Shown piece by piece: positions 41,487 to 54,229 of a stretch of DNA of 64,000 nt. Made by a program: the position numbers and the translations under genes. Position 1 is the first letter of the stretch; each line of letters starts with the position of its first letter. Origin of the DNA: Trypanosoma brucei. Taxonomy: Eukaryota. Location: the NCBI GenBank assembly GCA_000002445.1, contig CM000207.1, positions 1,888,001 to 1,952,000 of the forward strand, written 5' to 3'. The notes under the pieces were generated by a model, which saw nothing but the letters and a program-made list of their open reading frames with translations, was not told the DNA's origin and searched no databases.

Positions 41487-43382
41487 TATTCTGAGGTTAT
41501 GTGTGCTTTGTGATTTGCGTAATGGACTAACAGGCTGAACGGTATATCTTTTTTCTAAATCATCTCGAAGATTCTGTTTGTTTTTAAGAGGATTATCTTG
41601 GGACCTACCACGTTTTGTTATGTTTTCCCATTCCAATATTTTCCCTTTTTGTTCAACACTTTTTTATTGTTTCCTTCGGATTTGGTCACTATTGCTCCTT
41701 CTTTGTTGATATCCCTATGTTTTGTTGTTTTCGCCCCCCCCCCCACACACACACACCACTAAGTACGGTTGCCTTCTATATCAACCACGTTCCGGTCATA
41801 TGACCTCGTGGAATATCACTTCTGTTTCGTGTCCTTGAAGCATCAGAAGTGGCTGCGGTTTCTGTTTGTAGGGAGTCGGATTTTTGACTTGGTTCATTCC
41901 GTCTAGGTTTGACACGGGGGATGGCACCAACTGTATTTGCTGTGGGGTTTATACTTGGCGCGGTTTCGCACACGCGGATGCCGTGAAAAGGAATGCCACG
42001 GCAATAAGTAACACTCAAAACGAATATTGATTTTTTTTTATTTTTCCTTTTTCTCTCTTTTTTAATGTGTGCCGAAATAATAACAATAACACCAACGGGC
42101 CATGATTTGGCTGAATTGGAGGAGTGGAAAAGAAGAATGCATTCACTTTGTGGTGAAGTGTGATCCTCCATCACTTTCACTTCCTTGAGATCTTCCTGTG
42201 CTAATCTTGGCTGGGATACTAAGATATCTGCTGCTGTCACAGTTTTTCTCAATACCCTAACTCCATCTCCCACCTTGTAGTAGCGTTAAAGAAAATAATA
42301 ATATCTAATCAATTTTGTCTGTAAGGTTGCCTGTGTACCTCATGCGTCTCTTTGTGGTGTTGTGGGGAATGAAGGCGACCGAGATACTAATGTGATGGAC
42401 CTCGTCGGCTTGCTTTACTGTATACGCAGGATCGTGATGATATTAACCCTGCTCCGCTACTGAGTGTTGAAGCATGAAACGATATCCTTCAGGGCTACTG
42501 ATGCCTGCGTGGGCAGTGTATGGGGTGTGACTTTCCTTTCATTAACTTCTCTTGTACATGCGTTGAAGCACAATCACACATATAAACGTATGCAACCTGG
42601 CGAGTGTAGGCCCGCCAGCTACCACGTGGAGTGTATACTCTCTATCTCTACGACGGTCGTTCTACCGGGCCAAGAAGCGGCGTCTGTTACTCAACAGTGG
42701 TTTCATTCATATGTTGTGTGACGTAGTGGCCACATGATGATCCATGTATTCACCATATCGACACTGAGTCGGAAACTCCCCGTGACGCACAAGTGATTGT
42801 GCATGGAACCGCCCGCACACGCTGTAGGGCACTGACTACTTTGGTACGGGTGCCACATCTTCCTTACTTTACTTACCTCTATCCCCCCTCTTCATTTCCC
42901 TGTTGCAACCGTACATACCCTAAACACACGTACGCTACTATGATTACATCCATAATGCGTCAGGACACACGAGTGTGTACGTGACTGTTGGATTCTAACG
43001 CGACGCCGTAAGCAATATGATCACTCTCCCATCTTTCAATCACTTCATCTCTCACAAGATGTTTATTTTCTCTTTCCCCCATCACCTCGCTACATTTGGA
43101 TTTGAGGTGCGTGTTAGAGTCATTGTTGAATTTTGGCTAATGTTTCGGTTAAGCATATGAACGTAAAAGTGGAATGTGTTATGTTCACCCGCTACCATGC
43201 TTTGTTCGCTACCTGTCGTGGCTCACCTATTTGATGGTCCGTTGGGTTAGTATGACGAAGCTAGAGTCGTTGCTTATCGGTGTAATTTGGTTTTATTGGC
43301 ATACATTGGTGTAATTTTGTGAAGCTCGCCTCCCTTAATCGCCACCCACGTTGATGTTATTGCGCTCATACACCTCTGGTAA

Positions 43383-45065
<1,683 letters not shown>

Positions 45066-47066
45066 TATTCTGAGGTTATGTGTGCTTTGTGATTTGCGTA
45101 ATGGACTAACAGGCTGAACGGTATATCTTTTTTCTAAATCATCTCGAAGATTCTGTTTGTTTTTAAGAGGATTATCTTGGGACCTACCACGTTTTGTTAT
45201 GTTTTCCCATTCCAATATTTTCCCTTTTTGTTCAACACTTTTTTATTGTTTCCTTCGGATTTGGTCACTATTGCTCCTTCTTTGTTGATATCCCTATGTT
45301 TTGTTGTTTTCGCCCCCCCCCCACACACACACACACCACTAAGTACGGTTGCCTTCTATATCAACCACGTTCCGGTCATATGACCTCGTGGAATATCACT
45401 TCTGTTTCGTGTCCTTGAAGCATCAGAAGTGGCTGCGGTTTCTGTTTGTAGGGAGTCGGATTTTTGACTTGGTTCATTCCATCTAGGTTTGACACGGGGG
45501 ATGGCACCAACTGTATTTGCTGTGGGGTTTATACTTGGCGCGGTTTCGCACACGCGGATGCCGTGAAAAGGAATGCAACGGCAATAAGTAACACTCAAAA
45601 CGAATATTGATTTTTTTTTATTTTTCCTTTTTCTCTCTTTTTTAATGTGTGCCGAAATAATAACAATAACACCAACGGGCCATGATTTGGCTGAATTGGA
45701 GGAGTGGAAAAGAAGAATGCATTCACTTTGTGGTGAAGTGTGATCCTCCATCACTTTCACTTCCTTGAGATCTTCCTGTGCTAATCTTGGCTGGGATACT
45801 AAGATATCTGCTGCTGTCACAGTTTTTCTCAATACCCTAACTCCATCTCCCACCTTGTAGTAGCGTTAAAGAAAATAATAATATCTAATCAATTTTGTCT
45901 GTAAGGTTGCCTGTGTACCTCATGCGTCTCTTTGTGGTGTTGTGGGGAATGAAGGCGACCGAGATACTAATGTGATGGACCTCGTCGGCTTGCTTTACTG
46001 TATACGCGGGATCGTGATGATATTAACCCTGCTCCGCTACTGAGTGTTGAAGCATGAAACGATATCCTTCAGGGCTACTGATGCCTGCGTGGGCAGTGTA
46101 TGGGGTGTGACTTTCCTTTCATTAACTTCTCTTGTACATGCGTTGAAGCACAATCACACATATAAACGTATGCAACCTGGCGAGTGTAGGCCCGCCAGCT
46201 ACCACGTGGAGTGTATACTCTCTATCTCTACGACGGTCGTTCTGCCGGGCCAAGAAGCGGCGTCTGTTACTCAACAGTGGTTTCATTCATATGTTGTGTG
46301 ACGTAGTGGCCACATGATGATCCATGTATTCACCATATCGACACTGAGTCGGAAACTCCCCGTGACGCACAAGTGATTGTGCATGGAACCGCCCGCACAC
46401 GCTGTAGGGCACTGACTACTTTGGTACGGGTGCCACATCTTCCTTACTTTACTTACCTCTATCCCCCCTCTTCATTTCCCTGTTGCAACCGTACATACCC
46501 TAAACACACGTACACTACTATGATTACATCCATAATGCGTCAGGACACACGAGTGTGTACGTGACTGTTGGATTCTAACGCGACGCCGTAAGCAATATGA
46601 TCACTCTCCCATCTTTCAATCACTTCATCTCTCACAAGATGTTTATTTTCTCTTTCCCCCATCACCTCGCTACATTTGGATTTGAGGTGCGTGTTAGAGT
46701 CATTGTTGAATTTTGGCTAATGTTTCGGTTAAGCATATGAACGTAAAAGTGGAATGTGTTATGTTCACCCGCTACCATGCTTTGTTCGCTACCTGTCGTG
46801 GCTCACCTATTTGATGGTCCGTTGGGTTAGTATGACGAAGCTAGAGTCGTTGCTTATCGGTGTAATTTGGTTTTATTGGCATACATTGGTGTAATTTTGT
46901 GAAGCTCGCCTCCCTTAATCGCCACCCACGTTGATGTTATTGCGCTCATACACCTCTGGTAATGCAATCCTCGTCTTCATGTGTTTTCACTGCATTTATA
47001 TCTACGTCCGCGTCATAATCTGCAATGCCGACCTGTAGGAGAGTTAGCCACTAAGTTTATTATTAT

Positions 47067-47146
47067 TTAATATTTTTGGCGTAATTTTTTTTGTATTTTA
47101 ATTTTCGTTTTTTAACTTTTCTTCTTAACTCTTTTCTTTTGGTTCA
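47067..47146 (+). promoter_or_regulatory. Polypyrimidine tract followed by an AG dinucleotide upstream of the E1 gene, a candidate trans-splice acceptor region
   Basis: The run ttaatatttttggcgtaattttttttgtattttaattttcgttttttaacttttcttcttaactcttttcttttggttcag ends in AG at about 47145-47146, about 145 nt before the ATG at 47292. Kinetoplastid SL trans-splicing uses a poly-Y tract plus AG (established knowledge), but the acceptor site itself is inferred. Confidence 0.4.
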
Positions 47147-47291
47147 GCCTCGCATGCCAAAACATCAACGGGATCGCTTTTCCAATTGTCCTGCATTTTG
47201 TTCGCATACTAGTAATAAGCTTTTTCGAACAGAGTTAACCCATTATTCCTCCGATACTACAAGAAACGTTAATATAAACGGATTTACCAAA

Positions 47292-50200
47292 ATGAGTAAG
47301 ATGGCTGGTGCTACGGCCGATTCAAGTGATGCTTCTTCAGCCATTGATTCCAAGTTTCTTGATCAGCAGAGTCGGACGATTGGCACTTATGGTTTGGAGA
47401 CAATGGCAAAACTAATATCTTTCAAGGTTCTTGTTGTTGGGTGCGGAGGAGTCGGTATAGAGACTGCGAAAAACCTTGCGCTTGCTGGCGTACACACTAT
47501 TACTCTTTGTGATCCAAAGAAAGCTGAATTGAAGGATATGGGGGTTAACTTTGCCGTCACAGAAACAACAATAAAGGCTGGTTTGACTCGGGCGGAAGCT
47601 TCAAAGAGGTTGGTTGCGGAGCTAAACCCGAATGTACGCGTACGGACAGTCGATGCTATTGATGAAGCTGTAGTCAGTGAGGTGAACTGTGTTGTATATA
47701 CTTCTGCAGCGGCGGATTGGTCTTCGAAAACACTGTTGAAGTGGGACCAGTTTTGTCGGACGAGAACACCCGCTATATCATTTATTTTTGCTTTCCAGGG
47801 TGGTTCACTTGCTTCCGTTTTTGCTGATCATGCCCCCAACTTCACTGTTAAGGATGCTGATGGAAGGCCAATGCTGCAAAAATTGATAGTGGAGGTTCTC
47901 ACAAAGCGCGACAAGAGTGGAGTGGAGTACACACGCGTGCGCTACGAAACACCAGAGGGTCAAACACCCGGAGCTTTCCGTGATTACACGGAAGTTAAGT
48001 TTAGTGAAGTTAAGGGACTTTGTAAGGCAAATGGAGAAAGTATTAATGGTAATGTTTTCAAGGGCGTGGTGTGCACTGGTGATCCCCCAAACACCGTGCG
48101 AATATATCCCTCACTGGAAAGCCAAGGTTATTCTGCTTACGAAACTGCGGGCTTCCTTCACGAGATGAAGGAAAGCCAGCAATTGAAGTTCCGGGCACTC
48201 TCAGAAGCCCTTTCGTGCCCGGGTCAATTTGTACCTGTTAGCTCCATGATGGATGGGTCGGAGGAATCTCAATCTCACCTGACTTTTACCGCATTATTGA
48301 GATTTTTTGACAAACACGGTCGGCTACCCGAACTTCATAATCTATCTGAGGCGAATGAAGTAGTTTCACTCGCCAAAGCTGTCAACGAGGAGAACAAAGC
48401 TGCCGATGCGAAGCTCGAGAAGGTGGATCACCCTATGTTTTTGCAGCACGAAAACAAGGAATTTCCTTCTCGCCTTGCACCACCTCCACCACCAACTCCT
48501 CTTTGCGTTGAAACTCTCGATGAGGGGTTTGTTTGCTCGCAGGCGCTTGTGTCTGCTGCAGAACTTCAACCTCTTTGCGCCGTATGGGGAGCCGTTCTTG
48601 CACAAGAGATTGTGAAGATTACAGGTAAATATACACCAATTTGTCAGTGGCTTCATGTTGGCTACTCTTCGATCCTCGCTAGCAACGCTTCTTACACGAA
48701 ATCTCCCCAAGAGTATAAGGTTGTTGACCATCGCTACAAGCATCTGATATCACTGTTCGGAAAAACGTTTGTTGAAAAATTAAACAATCTGAAACTTTTT
48801 ATGGTTGGCTGCGGTGCTCTCGGATGTGAGAACATTAAGAACTTTGCTCTTTGTGGAATGAGCTGCGGCCCCCGTGGCTCATTCGTTGTTACAGACAACG
48901 ACCGGATCGAAGTATCCAACCTAAGTCGCCAGTTTCTTTTCCGTGAGGAAAACGTCGGCCAACCGAAATCAGCCGTGGCTGTGTCGCGAATGAAGAGTAT
49001 AAACAAGGATGTGAAAGCTGATGCCCGGCAGGATTACGTGGGAAGCAACACGGAACATATTTACCATGATGTGTTCTGGAATGGGTTGGACGCGGTCGTT
49101 AACGCTCTTGACAACATGGAAACTCGACTCTATGTTGACCAGAAGTGCGTGAACTTCCACAAAATCCTTGTGGAAGCAGGAACGATGGGAACTGGCGGAA
49201 ACGTTGATATCGTTGTTCCTGGTAAAACCACGTCGTACTCAGATGGTGGTGCCGCGGATACAACCGGTGGTATTCCCATGTGCACGTTGCGCAATTTCCC
49301 GTACACCTCCGACCACTGCACTGAATGGGCGCGGGCGCAGTTCGATGACCTTTTTGTTTCCCCAATGCAAACAGTGAGACAACTGTTGGAAAACCCAGCA
49401 GCGTTCACTGAACGCATAAAGAATGAGGTAAACAATGCTCAGAGCGCAGGTGAACGACTCAGTTTGGTTGAGAAAAACCTTGGCATTCTTCAAGGCATAC
49501 AGAAAACGGTAACAACTCTATCTGCGGGCGTTTCCATGGAAAAATGCGTGCAGTGTGCGTGGGAGACAATGTTTCATCTCTTCCGTGACCGCATTCTTGA
49601 CCTACAGCGTTCTTTCCCGAAGGATGCCAAGAAGAAAAATGGTGAAAAGTTTTGGTCTGGACACCGCAAGTACCCAACCCCACTCGAGGTCAACATAAAA
49701 GCCCTGTCATCTGACCCTGACGTTGTGGAGTTTCTCATTTCTGCTGCAAACCTGTTTGCATGCATGTACGGTATTCATCCTCAAAAGCATGAGCCTCGGC
49801 TGAATGACCCCAAAAAGCGCTGGATGCAGCAATATCGCACGCTGGATTGGCTTAATGGCGTTATGAAAAACTGCACGGTACCAGAATACAAACCTGGCTC
49901 TGTTGAGGGACTTGATGACGACCTTCTTCAATCTATGGAAAAGCAAGAGGTTTCCAAAGACGAAACGACAAAGGAGCAAACTCTGAATAACCTCCTGAGT
50001 AGTGTTGTGGCATTGGCTCAGAAGTGTCATAACATGAATACCGTACCATTGGACTTCGAAAAAGATGATGATGATAACTTTCACATTGACTTCGTTGCCG
50101 CAACGAGCAACCTCCGAGCCCGCAACTATGACATCCCTACGCAAGACCGATTCAAGGTGAAGCTTGTAGCTGGAAAAATTATACCCGCCATCGCAACCAC

Positions 50201-50798
50201 AACGGCTGCAGTCACTGGACTTGCCCTCATCGAGTACTTCAAGGCTTTGTTGAGCAACGATGTCTCCTGCCTCCGCAATGGCATGCTTGATATTGGTACA
50301 AATAACTACGTTTTGTTTGAGCGTGATGCCCCACTTAAACATCGTACCCGTGTTGATAAAACCTACTTACCTGAGCAAGACTACACGTACAAGAAGAAGG
50401 TTATTTGTCTCCCTGAAGGATACACCAAGTATGACATGATTGAAGTGCCCATTACGAAGGCGACTACCGTTCAACAGTTTGCTACAGAACTTGAAAAGAA
50501 ACTTAATACCCTCCTCCCAACTGGGATGAATGCGGGCTGTGAGGTAAGCGCAATTGGTGTCGGTAAAGGAAGTTTGTGGAATGGACTGCCAAAGCACGCT
50601 AACACCAACTGCTCTTTGATGGACATCATCGAGAAGCAAAAACTCTCTGAAGCGGGTGGGAAACTCCCGCGACCCTTCTGGGAGAATCGCACACATTTTC
50701 ACGACTTATCCGTTACTGTGTCTATTGATGATGACGATGCCAATGTCGATGAGGTTGATGTTGAAACCGCTACAATACTTTTGCGCATCCAACAATAA
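47292..50798 (+). CDS. UBA1: Ubiquitin-activating enzyme E1 (UBA1-like)
   Basis: The first ATG at 47292 (MSKMAGAT...) is inferred, because the upstream track 'start' at 47091 lies inside the poly-Y tract. Two ThiF/MoeB adenylation folds are present (VLVVGCGGVGIETAKNLALAGV and FMVGCGALGCENIKNFALCGM). The catalytic-cysteine region reads PMCTLRNFP (canonical PICTLKNFP), and GKIIPAIATTTAAVTGL is present. The ORF is about 1168 aa and ends at TAA 50796-50798. Confidence 0.9.
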   Translation: MSKMAGATADSSDASSAIDSKFLDQQSRTIGTYGLETMAKLISFKVLVVGCGGVGIETAKNLALAGVHTITLCDPKKAELKDMGVNFAVTETTIKAGLTRAEASKRLVAELNPNVRVRTVDAIDEAVVSEVNCVVYTSAAADWSSKTLLKWDQFCRTRTPAISFIFAFQGGSLASVFADHAPNFTVKDADGRPMLQKLIVEVLTKRDKSGVEYTRVRYETPEGQTPGAFRDYTEVKFSEVKGLCKANGESINGNVFKGVVCTGDPPNTVRIYPSLESQGYSAYETAGFLHEMKESQQLKFRALSEALSCPGQFVPVSSMMDGSEESQSHLTFTALLRFFDKHGRLPELHNLSEANEVVSLAKAVNEENKAADAKLEKVDHPMFLQHENKEFPSRLAPPPPPTPLCVETLDEGFVCSQALVSAAELQPLCAVWGAVLAQEIVKITGKYTPICQWLHVGYSSILASNASYTKSPQEYKVVDHRYKHLISLFGKTFVEKLNNLKLFMVGCGALGCENIKNFALCGMSCGPRGSFVVTDNDRIEVSNLSRQFLFREENVGQPKSAVAVSRMKSINKDVKADARQDYVGSNTEHIYHDVFWNGLDAVVNALDNMETRLYVDQKCVNFHKILVEAGTMGTGGNVDIVVPGKTTSYSDGGAADTTGGIPMCTLRNFPYTSDHCTEWARAQFDDLFVSPMQTVRQLLENPAAFTERIKNEVNNAQSAGERLSLVEKNLGILQGIQKTVTTLSAGVSMEKCVQCAWETMFHLFRDRILDLQRSFPKDAKKKNGEKFWSGHRKYPTPLEVNIKALSSDPDVVEFLISAANLFACMYGIHPQKHEPRLNDPKKRWMQQYRTLDWLNGVMKNCTVPEYKPGSVEGLDDDLLQSMEKQEVSKDETTKEQTLNNLLSSVVALAQKCHNMNTVPLDFEKDDDDNFHIDFVAATSNLRARNYDIPTQDRFKVKLVAGKIIPAIATTTAAVTGLALIEYFKALLSNDVSCLRNGMLDIGTNNYVLFERDAPLKHRTRVDKTYLPEQDYTYKKKVICLPEGYTKYDMIEVPITKATTVQQFATELEKKLNTLLPTGMNAGCEVSAIGVGKGSLWNGLPKHANTNCSLMDIIEKQKLSEAGGKLPRPFWENRTHFHDLSVTVSIDDDDANVDEVDVETATILLRIQQ

Positions 50799-51847
50799 AG
50801 CTTCATATTGAATGGCGGAAAGCGGAGAAGGCACTTGGGTGAAGGAGGAAACGCAGTTACAAGGGAAAGAAGAGAGAAATTATGATGTGGAAAATGGAAT
50901 AAGGAAGAGAAAAAAAAGACCAAGGGGAGGGAGAGAGTATGAGTGAAGGCATGATATGAGTCTGATGAATCCTCACACAAATATACACATCCCAACTAAA
51001 CAAATTTTAGTTTTCAGTTGATGTTTTGCTCCCTTTTTGTGTTGCTTTTTTTCTGTAGTTGCTGTTGCTCGTGTTTGACATAATTATTGAAGCACTTAAT
51101 GAAAAAAAAAGAGGGGAGGGAGCTGAAGGTGCTGTGCATTAAACATAAGGTCAGGTTTTTTAAAAGAAAAAAAAGACGTAGAAGAAGGAAATGCTTTTCG
51201 TGTATTTGTGTGCTTCAGCACGTGGTGGGGGAGGAATTGGACGCGACCACATACAAAGGTAAAAGTGAAACATGTGAGGGGCGAATGAATTTTGCAAAAT
51301 GATGATGGTCCCTACTGCTCACGTAAGTAAAGGGGGTTTCGTCCACCCTTCTTTTTCATTCTTTTTTTAAAAATGTTGTTAGCAGTGGGGCGTTTTATTT
51401 TTCGTTTCTCGTTTCTCTTTCACTTTGGATGAGATTATGTATGTAATATGCGTTTGTGTTTGTACTATCTATCTTTTTGTTCTGTTCCTGTTTCCTTTCC
51501 CTTCCCTTCCTTTATACTATTACTGCTGTTTGTGGTTCTTCTTATTGATTTCACTCCCACTAGTGTGATAAGGTAGAGGAGGAAGCACTTGTGCTGTTCC
51601 TTTGTTACCGGGCCAAAACAAAGGAAGTGAAAGACAGTGGGAAAGTGTAAAAAATAAAAGGGGGTTCTGATTGCACAGCAATCTGACCTTGACCTTTCGA
51701 TCTCATTTACAAGCGGTTGCGTCACGCTGTGTAAAGCTTTCAAAGTTGGTGTTAATCAAGACAAACAGATAGTATTGTTTCTCTCCAATCCACGCCTCTG
51801 CGTGCGGGATAATATTTGTTTTGGCAGTAATAGATTGCGGTTTCGTC

Positions 51848-52939
51848 ATGGTAGCAACTATTACCTTCAAGTTGCGATCCAGCAATCATGTCGGCATTAT
51901 CGAAGTGCCCCATCGCGTTATTTCGTGTCGGGAAATAAAGGAGGCAATCGCGGAGAAGTTAAGTGGCTCGCCTGATGAAATTGACATATTCGTCTCGGGC
52001 AGTTCTGATTACTTGCATCCCAATGATGAACTCCCTGCATACACGGTAGTGGAAGTGGTTCGCCATGTTGGAACTGGAAGACCGCCGCCAAAGCGCGAGC
52101 GTGAACCTGTAGGACCTTCGAATCTTTCTAGCGCCATGAGTCACGCTGCCGTGCGGGCAGGAAACAAAAATGGCGATACGGCAACGCCACTCACTGAGGA
52201 AGAGCGGTTGGCGCAACTTAGTGAAGCTGTTGCTGTTGAAACAGGCATTGATGAAGTTGGGGCATGGCGAATGCGGCAGATGCGAAACCGCAGCGCAGCT
52301 ATGGGAGGTGGGGGTCGCGAGGTCACATTTCGCCCTCCGCCACCAGGTTACATATGCCATAACTGCGGCAAGAGAGGGCACTTAATTCAGCACTGCCCCG
52401 CGGCAAAGGGGGTAAGAGGAGTGAAGTTACTTTCACTTCCAACTGGAATCCCAGAAACAATGCTAGTTGAGTGCACAATGGATGACCCGGCGGCGAAGTT
52501 TGTAACGAGGGATGGCAGGTTAGTGAAAAGGAAATTAGACAATGCGAGTTTCGTTGGGATTGTGACAACAAGTAATGCGGATGGAGTCAAACCAGATTTC
52601 CCATCAGAAGGCGGCAACAACAGGAACGATAGCCCAAACTCTGAGAAGTTGGAAACTCCAGATGCAGGTGGTGACGCCGCTGCAAAGCCGCAGTTCCTCT
52701 GTGCTTGGGATTCTGTTATTGTTAAAAATGCCATGAAAGCCCCGTGCTGTGGAGCTCTTTTCTGTGAAACATGTTTGAACGAAAGAGTGGAGGAGGCAAT
52801 TAGTCGAGCGGATGCAAGTGAAATTCCGCTTTTGTGTCCTGGATGCGAGGAGCCGTTGGATGTACCAGACGTTGTTGAAGCAACAGAGGAACGGAAGCTA
52901 GTTGAAGCCCTCCGCTCAGGGAAGCGTGCGCGGGACTGA
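51848..52939 (+). CDS. RBBP6/Mpe1-like protein with a DWNN ubiquitin-like domain, a CCHC zinc knuckle and a C-terminal RING/U-box-like Cys cluster
   Basis: The track's 51821 is TTG and the first ATG is at 51848 (MVATITFKLRSSNHVGIIEV...). The N-terminal roughly 75 aa resemble the DWNN fold (an F-K/R-F start and a VVEVVR end). CHNCGKRGHLIQHC is a C-x2-C-x4-H-x4-C zinc knuckle, and CAWDSVIVKNAMKAPCCGALFCETCL is RING/U-box-like. Confidence 0.65.
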   Translation: MVATITFKLRSSNHVGIIEVPHRVISCREIKEAIAEKLSGSPDEIDIFVSGSSDYLHPNDELPAYTVVEVVRHVGTGRPPPKREREPVGPSNLSSAMSHAAVRAGNKNGDTATPLTEEERLAQLSEAVAVETGIDEVGAWRMRQMRNRSAAMGGGGREVTFRPPPPGYICHNCGKRGHLIQHCPAAKGVRGVKLLSLPTGIPETMLVECTMDDPAAKFVTRDGRLVKRKLDNASFVGIVTTSNADGVKPDFPSEGGNNRNDSPNSEKLETPDAGGDAAAKPQFLCAWDSVIVKNAMKAPCCGALFCETCLNERVEEAISRADASEIPLLCPGCEEPLDVPDVVEATEERKLVEALRSGKRARD

Positions 52940-53322
52940 TTGCTCTGTCAAGAGATCCGACTCCTAGTGCATTCATAGCAGTTTCATTTGACGCATTACT
53001 TTCCGGTCTTTCTTTTCTCTTTTTTCATTCTGGTGTGTGGCACGCTGGGCTTTTGGGTTTAGGTAATTTTTTTTTTTTACGACACCACCTGTGAGATGCA
53101 ATTCCATCCATAACGTAAGCAGAATGTGTCTGGCAGATGCGTCATTTTTATTGATTATTTTTGCATCATACCTCGAATAAGCGTGTACGTTGTTTCTGCA
53201 CTTGTTCTACTTCCCTTTTCTAATGAAAAGGACGGTTAAAAATACGTTATGACATCCGTTGTATAGTTTCAAAACGTGTTTGCGCTTTCGTTTTTCTAAT
53301 ATTCTTTGATGAACGTGCAATA

Positions 53323-53323
53323 T

Positions 53324-53365
<42 letters not shown>

Positions 53366-53366
53366 C
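53323..53366. repeat. Compound (AC)n(AT)n microsatellite
   Basis: The run cacacacacacacacacacatatatatatatatatatatatatatata is read directly. Confidence 0.95.
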
Positions 53367-53413
53367 TCCCACGCAATATTTATCTATTTATTGATATAGT
53401 TATATACTAGGGG

Positions 53414-54229
53414 ATGAGTAGTATCTTCACCTATGGTGCGTTGGGTCGCAACCCTGCAGCCACCAAATACGGTATGATGGCTGCCATATCCTCTAAATGC
53501 GGTACGAAAAATTTTATCTACACAAGTTGTCACGACGACCGTCACCCGTTTCCGAGACACCACCACCGCCAAAGTGACGTGCCATGGAAACACTCCTTAT
53601 GGTGGAATAAACTTCGGTGGTGGTGGCACGACTTTCGTATGTTTGGGTTGAAGGGTACTATTAGGCGCCACTACTACATTGGTGAAGCATGGAGACGAAA
53701 AGATGAGAAGATATTTGTTGGAAAGGATGAGAACGGAAACAAATATTGGCTAGCCCGTCGTTCCCCCGGTTCCTTTCATGTGCGTATGGTTGAAGCTGCT
53801 GATCCGCACTGGTTCAGAGGCCAAGCCCCACACACCGCCTCACCCATGTGGATGAAATGGATGCAAGGAAATGCCGCCCACACGCCCGCTCAAGTGAAGG
53901 CAAGAGGTGAGTGGGGACACAACTCTCGCTTAGGTATGCCCCTGCCGTTTAATATCAAATATGACGAGTTTTCCCCTATTAACAATGGTGAGGTGTTCTC
54001 CCGTGATCCTATGTGGGTATCTGCACCGGGGTTGTTAGTGAACCCGGAACGGCGTGCGTTGGAAGAGGCGGGTTATTCCCGTTGGGTCATCAATAAGGGA
54101 ATGCCGCAATATATGCCCTTCTGTGGCGTACATGATTATCCAGATGAACTGGTGGAGGAGTATTATAGAGGACAGTGGGCGTTCGGGCGGGCTAGCAAAG
54201 GTAACGACCACGATGAGTGGAGAAACTAA
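53414..54229 (+). CDS. NDUFA12 (B17.2)/NDUFAF2-family protein, a complex I subunit or assembly-factor-like protein
   Basis: ATG at 53414, 271 aa. EKIFVGKDENGNKYW aligns with the NDUFA12 motif VGTLVGEDKYGNKYYE, and a downstream P.W..W......P.T pattern (ADPHWFRGQ...MWMKWMQGNAAHTP) matches the family C-terminus. The call rests on recalled motifs and is not a database hit. Confidence 0.45.
   Translation: MSSIFTYGALGRNPAATKYGMMAAISSKCGTKNFIYTSCHDDRHPFPRHHHRQSDVPWKHSLWWNKLRWWWHDFRMFGLKGTIRRHYYIGEAWRRKDEKIFVGKDENGNKYWLARRSPGSFHVRMVEAADPHWFRGQAPHTASPMWMKWMQGNAAHTPAQVKARGEWGHNSRLGMPLPFNIKYDEFSPINNGEVFSRDPMWVSAPGLLVNPERRALEEAGYSRWVINKGMPQYMPFCGVHDYPDELVEEYYRGQWAFGRASKGNDHDEWRN

Noticed and set aside
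49707-50342. A 211-aa minus-strand ORF inside the E1 gene
   Set aside because: It is antisense to a strongly supported CDS and has no motifs.
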